A DNA stretch of 64,000 nt from Tetramitus jugosus (lineage: Eukaryota > Protista > Heterolobosea): assembly GCA_937625935.1 (NCBI GenBank), contig OW569377.1:248001-312000 (forward strand). Reading direction: 5' to 3'. This document shows, piece after piece, positions 11,698 to 19,407 of the stretch. Below the pieces are notes generated by a model. The model saw nothing but the letters and a program-made list of their open reading frames with translations. It did no database searches and had not been told where the DNA came from. The stretch's first letter is position 1; the number at the start of each line of letters is the position of its first letter. The position numbers and the translations under genes were made by a program.

Positions 11698-12747
11698 TTA
11701 TTCGTTTCGGATGAAATTTTTCTTGAGGCCTACCCATTTCACTCTCTTTGTTGGACTAGCTGATCTCTCATACTTGTCTGAGCACAGATTCAAATACCAA
11801 TCAATGGTTGAGTGGTTGTATCCGTCTCCTCTGTTTCTGTGTGCATTCAAGTGTCTTACATCAGAGTATGCGATAGGGGTTTTCTTCACGGGTACTCTGT
11901 TGGGTGAAGAAGATCTCCGTGTGGAGGATGAGGTAAAGGACCGATTGGTGGATGGAGGAGTGGTCATGGAGTTCATGTTGATGCTCGCCATTGGACTTGG
12001 TGATCTCGATGGGATGTGTCGAGGGGTGTTGGTCATTGAGCAGTGGTCCACATTAGGAGTTTTTCTTGATGTTTGCTGCGGACTGATAAAACGAGGAGAA
12101 CAATCATAGGAAAGAGTGTTGTGTAGAATGCTCCGTCTTTCGACCTCCTCAGATAATTGCAAAGACTGAATTTCTTCTCTGATGCTCTGTGTTCGAGGAG
12201 TTGTTTCTGTTGTTCTAATGGGAGATTGAAAATATTGAGTCAATATGGATGGACTATTGATTGTAGAATGTGGTACATCGATGCTTGATTGACTGGTAGC
12301 CATCAGAACTCTGTCAGAGTGTCTTGGTGAAATCTTCTCAATCAGCTTGGTGTTTTCTTCAACCTCTCGAATAATATCCTGAAAACTAACATGTTCTAGC
12401 TTTTGAGGGGACAGATTGGAGGGAATTTCTCTTGTAGTGTCACTCAAGTATGAATAATGGCTCAGATTGTTCACAAGGGACGTCTCTTCCTCCTCATCTC
12501 CCTGATTAGTTCTCTCGTGAACTATCAAGAAGTCATGACTTGTGGAAGAGGTGCTCAGTTCATTTGTTTGTTCTGAATTGTTTTCCATTTGTTCTAAATG
12601 ATAAAAGGACTCAAGAATCTTGGTGTAAGGTGAATAGAGAGTTGTTTGAGGCGGGAGCTCCTTCTTTGAAGAGCTGTTCTCAGCTCTTGTACCTCCACTT
12701 TCGTGAAGATGACTAAATAGAAAACCAGTAGATATATCTGTGCTCAT
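11698..12747 (-). CDS. Ser/Thr-rich hypothetical protein
   Basis: Open frame of ~350 codons from the first ATG (MSTDIS...); no recognisable domain. Confidence 0.55.
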   Translation of the reverse strand: MSTDISTGFLFSHLHESGGTRAENSSSKKELPPQTTLYSPYTKILESFYHLEQMENNSEQTNELSTSSTSHDFLIVHERTNQGDEEEETSLVNNLSHYSYLSDTTREIPSNLSPQKLEHVSFQDIIREVEENTKLIEKISPRHSDRVLMATSQSSIDVPHSTINSPSILTQYFQSPIRTTETTPRTQSIREEIQSLQLSEEVERRSILHNTLSYDCSPRFISPQQTSRKTPNVDHCSMTNTPRHIPSRSPSPMASINMNSMTTPPSTNRSFTSSSTRRSSSPNRVPVKKTPIAYSDVRHLNAHRNRGDGYNHSTIDWYLNLCSDKYERSASPTKRVKWVGLKKNFIRNE

Positions 12748-12820
12748 CAGAGATTTTGTGATCAAACTTTTGTTCGTCGCAGGACCGTAGATTTGCACGA
12801 TTTTTTATAAAATCGAACCT

Positions 12821-12831
12821 GTATTATCAGG
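12821..12831. repeat. Target-site duplication (left copy; right copy 14164-14174)
   Basis: GTATTATCAGG directly flanks both ends of the element. Confidence 0.9.
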
Positions 12832-14163
12832 TTTTTTTTTTTTTTTTTCCATACAACCATGTGTGCTTGCTGCGCAAGCACACGATTGCTCATTTATTGA
12901 CTTGTTTTGTGAGTGACGACCCGTAGGGCGTCATTCACTCTTCTTCTCTTGTTGTCCCCGACGGTGCACCTACAGGTTGGAAGAATCACTCTGGTGAGTG
13001 TTTTGGTTGATGCCCTTCATCAAAGAGCGAAACCTTGTAGTAGGACCGTCGATGGACACAGAGCCATCTGTTGTTGTTTTCTTGTTTTGGGCCTTGTTGC
13101 TCATCAGATCACCCAGTGTGATCCTAGCACTCCTCTTCTTGTTGTCATTGAGTTGTGGGCTCTGAATCTCCTTTTCGGAGTCATCTTCCACATCCACAAT
13201 GACTGGTTCGTCCTCAGTCAAACCATACCTTTTGCGTGCAGCAGCCAGCGCCAATGCAGCAATTTCCTTTTTCACTCTGGCGAACACTGGAGAAGTGGCA
13301 TTCACTTGCTCCAGAATTTGCCGGTTCTCAGCACTGAGCTGTACAACAGTCACTGATGGCAGTGGTGTTGCTACAGTCCTCTGTTCTTCTGCCTCCACGA
13401 GCTCAGGAGTCTCCATCCTAGCAGTGGCTTGGGCAACTTCTTGTTCCGGCATTGGAACCGGTTTGTTGCCCCCTTGACCCTTTGTCTTTGCCAATTCCTT
13501 GGTGAGTTCTGTGACCTGTCGACGCAGTCCGTCAACCACCGTCAGCAGCTCCTCGTACATCTTCGTCAACCTCTTGTTGACAGCCTTGAGAGGATCATGT
13601 GGTCTCTCGACGTATCGAGTGACCGTGGCCTTGACCTTGTTCTCTCCGCTGAGCACTGCCCGTGCATAGGTTTCATCACCCATGACCACGAAAGCAGTGT
13701 CACGCTTCTTGAGCACACTGGCAACCTTCTCAGGTCCCAGTAGCTTCTTGATGTCGTCCACTGACATGTTCTTCATGCCATGGACGACCACCTTTCTTGT
13801 GCAATCAACACTGCGCTTGGGTGCAGCAGTGCTGTTGCCAATCCTCCTCTGTTTGTTGAATAGCTCAACAAACTCATAGATGCGGTCACCCTTGACCGTC
13901 ACCCATCCAACAAAGCGTTGCTGGCCTTTCCTCTTGATGACCTGGACTCGGTTGAGCCAGTCACCAAACTCCTCTCCTATCTTTCTTGCCAAAGATGACT
14001 GAGAGACACCATTACCGTTGCCAGTAATGACCACCTCTCTGTCACTTGGCCTAGAGCCTTTCCGTGCAGTGGTCCACACTGCATAACGACTGTTGCCGTA
14101 TTCCTTCACCAAATTTGTTGAATCACCAGACATGTGATGCCGTTTTTTTCTGCGTTTTTCGAC
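12832..14163 (-). mobile_element. Non-autonomous ORF1-only non-LTR retroelement (copy 1), inserted upstream of tRNA-Arg
   Basis: T17 run at 12832-12848 (poly(A) on minus strand); TSD GTATTATCAGG(T) at 12821-12831 and 14164-14174; near-identical copy at 51516-52848. Confidence 0.93.
12970..14133 (-). CDS. Retroelement ORF1 protein (two RRM-like repeats, coiled coil, disordered tail), 387 aa
   Basis: Intact ORF; ~96% identical to 51653-52819 and clearly homologous to ORF1 of the RT-encoding element (YAVWT, EVVI.G, F..WV.VK.D..YEFVE.FN, TAFV.M). Confidence 0.88.
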   Translation of the reverse strand: MSGDSTNLVKEYGNSRYAVWTTARKGSRPSDREVVITGNGNGVSQSSLARKIGEEFGDWLNRVQVIKRKGQQRFVGWVTVKGDRIYEFVELFNKQRRIGNSTAAPKRSVDCTRKVVVHGMKNMSVDDIKKLLGPEKVASVLKKRDTAFVVMGDETYARAVLSGENKVKATVTRYVERPHDPLKAVNKRLTKMYEELLTVVDGLRRQVTELTKELAKTKGQGGNKPVPMPEQEVAQATARMETPELVEAEEQRTVATPLPSVTVVQLSAENRQILEQVNATSPVFARVKKEIAALALAAARKRYGLTEDEPVIVDVEDDSEKEIQSPQLNDNKKRSARITLGDLMSNKAQNKKTTTDGSVSIDGPTTRFRSLMKGINQNTHQSDSSNL

Positions 14164-14203
14164 GTATTATCAGGTATAACGACAAAGTTTTTGATATTAC
14201 CAA

Positions 14204-14276
14204 GCCGTCGTAGCTCAGCTGGAAGAGCACTGGACTTCTAATCCAGTGGTCGCGGGTTCGAGTCCCGTCGTCGGTA
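14204..14276 (+). tRNA. tRNA-Arg(TCT)
   Basis: GCCGTCG/CGTCGGT acceptor stem, TAGCTCAGCTGG A-box, CTGGA-CT-TCT-AA-TCCAG anticodon arm, GGTTCGAGTCC B-box, followed by TTTT. Confidence 0.95.
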
Positions 14277-14391
14277 CTTTTGCTCTTTCGGGCTGTGTGA
14301 AATTAATTCGGGGTTATTGTTGGGTGGATCTTTGGTCGTTTTGAGTTTCCTCAAATAAATTCACGCACAAACAACCAAACATTCATCTCAC

Positions 14392-15754
14392 ATGAGCAAA
14401 CTATTCACTCTGGGCGTACCAGAAAAGAACTTGAGAAATCTTCGATTCTACAAGTGCAGTGGTGATGACAAAAGCATCACAAGAACATATATTTTGAACC
14501 CTTATGTCTATGAGACTCTTATCAAGTTTATCCCAAAATGGATGGCGTATGTAGACTCTTGTTTGAGTGTTTCATTGTCGTTCAAACTTTTTCAGCAGAA
14601 AAATTAATGGATCATGATTTTTTGGCGCCAAAAAATTCTACAGTCCAAATGTTGTGACTTTGTTGGGTTACTTTATGATCATATTGTCGGTTGTTGTGTG
14701 CTATATTCATGCACCAACCTTGACAGAAACAGTTCCAAGGTGGGTCTTCTTCCTCAACGCCTTCTGTCTCTTTGCTTATCAAACACTTGATAACTTGGAT
14801 GGAAAACAAGCAAGAAACACGGGTCAAAGCTCTCCTTTGGGTGAAATGTTTGATCATGGGTGTGATGCTGTTAGTTGCACGCTTGGAGCTTTTAATTGGC
14901 TCGTTTTGTGCTCTCAAGGCCCTTCACTCTTCTCATTCTCTGTGATCTTGGTTGCCTGGTTGCCATTTGCTTGTGCCACATGGGAGGAGTACTATGTTGG
15001 TGGTTTGTTTTTGGGTTATTTGAATGGTCCAATCGAAGGTCTATTGGGCATGCAGTTTGCTCAAGTCGTAGCTGGAATAATGGGTCATCAATTTTGGCAC
15101 ATGACCCTTGAGCAATTTAGTCCATTGATTGCGCAACTTTTGCCATTTGCCGCTCATTTTCCACTGTGCTATTTTGTAACAGGACTGACACTGTTTCTGG
15201 CATTTCTCAACTCATCAATCAATATTGTGAATGTGTATCAACAAGTGCAAAAGAATGCAAAGCTGCAAAATTTGACACAAGAGGAGCGTGTTTGGAGAGA
15301 GAGAAGCTTTTTGGGTGCTCTCAGAAAATTGATTCCTTTTGCGATTCTAATTGTCGGTGCCGCTTTGTGGTTGTTGCTGTCTCCATCCAATATTTTCGCT
15401 AGTCATACGTACTTGTTCTTGATTGCCACGGGATTGTGGTTCGGATACCTGGCTAGTAATGTTACGCTAGCATTTTTGTTGAAAACATCGCTTGTGGAGT
15501 TTTCATTTGCCTGCTTGCCAATCATGCTTTGCACACTTAATGCTCTGCTGTCTCGCTTTATTGGATTGCAAGTTATCTCGGAAGCCAAATCTCTATATCT
15601 TTACAGTATTGCTGCAATTGTCGTTTACGCCCATTTTGTGATCACTGTGTGCACACAAATCTCCAGCTATCTGGGAATTGGTGTGCTAAGAATTTTGCCT
15701 ACAAGAACTCCTTCTCCATCATCTCAAGGATCGATCAAGCCCAATCATCATTAA
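14392..15754 (+). CDS. Choline/ethanolamine phosphotransferase (CDP-alcohol phosphatidyltransferase); intron 14547-14643
   Basis: Splicing gives P.WMAPN; signature DNLDGKQARNTGQSSPLGEMFDHGCD; WEEYY.G.L.LG. Confidence 0.92.
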
Positions 15755-15794
15755 ATTAATTATTGTGTTTCAGCTCATTTATTAGCAATGTTAT

Positions 15795-17104
15795 CTATTG
15801 GTACATGGTTAACTTATCACATTCTTGCTTTATGATTCGAAGTCTCTCCGGATCCAACTCTTGCAACAAGGAGAGGACTGCTGTCAAGATATTGTTTCTG
15901 TTTGGGATCATTCCTTGTTGGGGATTGTAGTTATTGCTTGGAGCATTGTAGGGATATTGATGGGAGTTCGATGCTCTATTATTCATCCGATTCTGTGGTT
16001 GCATGTAGGGTATCTGTTGGGACTGCTTGACTGAAATGTAGCTCGGTTCTTCCTGATACGGATTGTGCTGAGATATCCCATTAGAAAACTTGGGTTGCTC
16101 GTTGTAGTATTGGTTATGAATTGGTGGTTGACCATGTCTCTCATCAAGCATACTAGGTTGCTGATAAGAGTGCGCTCGTTGATGCTGGGTGATTGGTGGT
16201 TGAACCTTGGAGGGCAATTGAGGCTGGTCCACTCCTCTATTCAATACACCAATTCCTCTTGGGTTATGTTGCTGTACGGAGTAAGAATCTGTGTCTTCGT
16301 CATACTCTTCATCATCAGATTCATCGTGATGCCTTGGAATGTGGATTTGTTGTTTGTGAGATGGTATCGCTGAAGGAGCATTCTGATTTCTGACAAGAGG
16401 GGTGTCATCTCTGTGGAGGGATCTCTTTGGTTGATTCGCAATAGGGAGCACAGAAGATTCAGTAGGAGGAGGTTTGTATTGCGTTTGCTGTTGTGTCTGT
16501 GGTTGTTGAATAGGAGGTGAATTGACCGGAGATTCATCCTTCACATTTCTTTCTCCATGTTTGTTCAACTCTTGACCAATGTCTAATTCACCACTACTGA
16601 ACAAAGCAGCTCTCATTTTCTCATCAGGTGAGATATCATCATCGTCCAACTTGTCTAACTGGTCCAGTACACATATCACTTTCAACCGATAGTTTTCAGT
16701 TTCAGAACAAGGATTACCATTCAACCATAGGACCCTCAAATGTTTCAAATTTTTTAAGTAAGCAATCTCTGATAAATCAGAAATTTGATTTTTCCTCAAG
16801 TATAGCTCTTGTAGCTTTTGACCTATGTGTGATTAATGGTAGGGTAAGAATGAACTTGTTTAAGCTTATCTATGAAGATGTCACCGGTAGTCAGAAGGTA
16901 ACGAAAAGAAAGGGACTAACAATTTGTAAAATCCTTCAGAGAATCGATGCAGTTCACACTTAAGCTCGCAACTTCGATGTTTGGCATCTTTTGAATCACG
17001 CTGATATCTGAGAGTGAATTTCCCCAGACATTCAAGTTCTTCACATTTAATAAGCTATCAACACGTGCTTTTCCCAGAACCAAACTCTCTGTTAGTTTGA
17101 CCAT
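15795..17104 (-). CDS. CFAP410: Cilia/flagella-associated LRR protein, CFAP410 (C21orf2)-like; intron 16823-16920
   Basis: KNLNVWG..LSDISVI..MPNIEV.SLSVN.I.SL..F..C|QKLQELYLRKN.I.DL.E..YL..L..LRVLWL..NPC and C-terminal NNILTAVLSLLQELD. Confidence 0.85.
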
Positions 17105-17346
17105 TGTGTTTTCTTTGAAACTCTGATGCTTTACTCGTTCGCGCTATTTTCTGTAGAACATTCTGGCGGGAAACGAGCGAATCCCGCATCGATGTTGCTC
17201 GCAGCATGTGCGGTCCGTCAGATGTCTCCTCCAAATCGGAAGTCATAATTCCGATTTCACAGAAGAAAAAAACAGAACAGCGAAAAAGCGAGCACAAAGA
17301 GGTACATTCCACCACACGAAAATAACACGTCATCCGAAGAAACGTC

Positions 17347-18450
17347 ATGCCCTCCAAGCATCATTCTCTTCTCACTTGCCTTGTATTGTTGCTTTCATTG
17401 TTGCATGTGATCTCATGTGCAACATCAGCGAAAAATGATCCAAAAATCATGATTCAAGCACGGGCACTCACCCCTCACATCTTCAATGCCCGTGCTCCAG
17501 TTAACATCACCAGTGTCAGTGTCAGTGGCATCAGTGGAGGTGGCTTCTTTGCTACACAAGTTCACGTCGCCTTCTCCAAGAGTGTCACTGGTGTGGGTGT
17601 CATTGCAGGTGGTCCCTTCTTTTGTGCTCAGGGACAGCTCGATATTGCCCTGTCAAGTTGCATGAAGGGAGAGCCGGCCATTCCAATCGAAGTTTATATT
17701 GGAGAGACAAGTGAGATGGCACTTGCAGGGTTGATTGATGATCCACGGCACATGTCCAATCATCGTGTCTATTTGTTCAGTGGTACAAAAGACACGGTGG
17801 TGAGGCAATCGGTCATGACATCCACTCTGGAGTACTATTCTCACTATGTTGATACGTCGGGTCAGAGTATTCGTGCAGTGTTCGATGTGCCTGCAGAGCA
17901 TGCCATGATTACGTTCAATTATGGCAATGATTGTTCTTATTTGGGCAGTCCATATATCAATCATTGCTCGCCTCAAATATCTGTTGCCGAAGAGCTGTTG
18001 CTTCACTTGCATCCAGGGTTCAAGAAGGGTTATGCTCAATTCAACGAGAGCAACTTGTTTGAGTTTGATCAAACAAAGTTTATTTCGTCAGGCAACGGCT
18101 TTGCCAAGAAGGGTTACATGTATGTGCCAACGGCATGTCAGGCACAAGTCGCCGCACCAGGCACCAAGTGCTCTATCCATGTCAATTTTCATGGTTGTCT
18201 GCAGGGATATTACTTCGTGAATACAACCTATGTCGCAAACGCTGGTTTCAATAATGTGGCCGAAGCGAACAATGTCATCGTCATTTATCCACAAATTGAG
18301 CCAACCAATTTTCCTTTTAACCCAAAGGGCTGTTTCGACTGGTGGGGCTACACAACTTTCTTCGATCCAATTTATGCGTCGAAACGAGGACCGCAAATGA
18401 CTGCTGTCAAGGAGATTCTAAAGTATTTCGGTGCCACTACATTTGAATGA
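17347..18450 (+). CDS. Secreted alpha/beta-hydrolase, poly(3-hydroxybutyrate) depolymerase-like
   Basis: Signal peptide; SVSGISGGGF nucleophile motif, AGGPF.CA, FSGTKDTVV, HVNFHGC.Q, NPKGCFDWWGY. Confidence 0.85.
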   Translation: MPSKHHSLLTCLVLLLSLLHVISCATSAKNDPKIMIQARALTPHIFNARAPVNITSVSVSGISGGGFFATQVHVAFSKSVTGVGVIAGGPFFCAQGQLDIALSSCMKGEPAIPIEVYIGETSEMALAGLIDDPRHMSNHRVYLFSGTKDTVVRQSVMTSTLEYYSHYVDTSGQSIRAVFDVPAEHAMITFNYGNDCSYLGSPYINHCSPQISVAEELLLHLHPGFKKGYAQFNESNLFEFDQTKFISSGNGFAKKGYMYVPTACQAQVAAPGTKCSIHVNFHGCLQGYYFVNTTYVANAGFNNVAEANNVIVIYPQIEPTNFPFNPKGCFDWWGYTTFFDPIYASKRGPQMTAVKEILKYFGATTFE

Positions 18451-18868
18451 GGCCAGTATTAAACAACAAAGGATCGAAATGAATGTTGGTTAATATTCGA
18501 GCGAGGTTCTGGGTAGTTACCCCAGATCTAAACCAAAATGTGTTTGTTGGTGTTGTTTTGTGCTTTACGCACAAATACTGTTTACCAAATTAGTGAGGAC
18601 ACCTTTTGTCTGCTGTCTTGACCTCGTCCGAGAAGAATAGTTAAATCGCATCGCCCGCTCTCGGGGCAACCCTTCTTGAGCTCTCCTGGACAAGTCGATT
18701 TGCGTCAGTGGCTTCTTTTGGTCTCGCTTTGGTACTTTGGCCGAGTTGTGACTCACAGATTGCTTTGCAAATTTTACTCTGCTGTCTCTGCAACACATAA
18801 AGAACAACGAACGAGATAAAAAGAAACGAGATTTATTACCACAATCCAAGCCATAAACATTCTTCACT

Positions 18869-19240
18869 ATGCCGCACATGAATGATATCAATCTGCCTTT
18901 GGGTCTCAAATTAGACATTGACGATGAACTTATATTCGCTGTTCTGTCGTGCTATCAAAAACGTGCTATTCCAACATCAGGCACAACCAATTCACAGACT
19001 CCATTCTCAACAGCCTCAGGAATTGAATCAACAACAATCGCTAGCTCTATGACGACGAATGTGAATCACAGTCAGACATATCTCATGCATCAGCCACTGC
19101 CATCACAACAACAACAAATGCAGTTCTCTACCACTGCTGTCAATGTAACACCATCAACCCCACAGACACCTCTAGTCAATAGCTTCTTGCAACATTGTAC
19201 ATTAGCACACAACAACACACCTGTGGAATCCCATCGGTGA
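18869..19240 (+). CDS. Hypothetical low-complexity protein
   Basis: 123-codon ATG ORF with S/T/Q composition like neighbouring genes; no domain recognised. Confidence 0.3.
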   Translation: MPHMNDINLPLGLKLDIDDELIFAVLSCYQKRAIPTSGTTNSQTPFSTASGIESTTIASSMTTNVNHSQTYLMHQPLPSQQQQMQFSTTAVNVTPSTPQTPLVNSFLQHCTLAHNNTPVESHR

Positions 19241-19407
19241 TTCCCTTAACTCTTCGCACAAATCGCATTTCATTATACCATAAACAGACAAATAGAACCC
19301 TCCAAAATTATTTTCTCCGATGTTCTTTGTTTCTTCGCGCGTTCTTCGCGAGAACAAGTAATTGTTTCTCCGTTGTCAATCAAGAGGTGGAAAATTAGAA
19401 ACACAGG

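Noticed and set aside
12811-12820. B-box-like GGTTCGATT on the minus strand next to the TSD
   Set aside because: No A-box or cloverleaf around it; probably chance.
17233-17257. 9-bp inverted repeat AAATCGGAA/TTCCGATTT in a divergent promoter (similar 8-bp stem at ~50205-50224)
   Set aside because: Isolated short hairpins with no recognisable ncRNA family, TSD or repetition.
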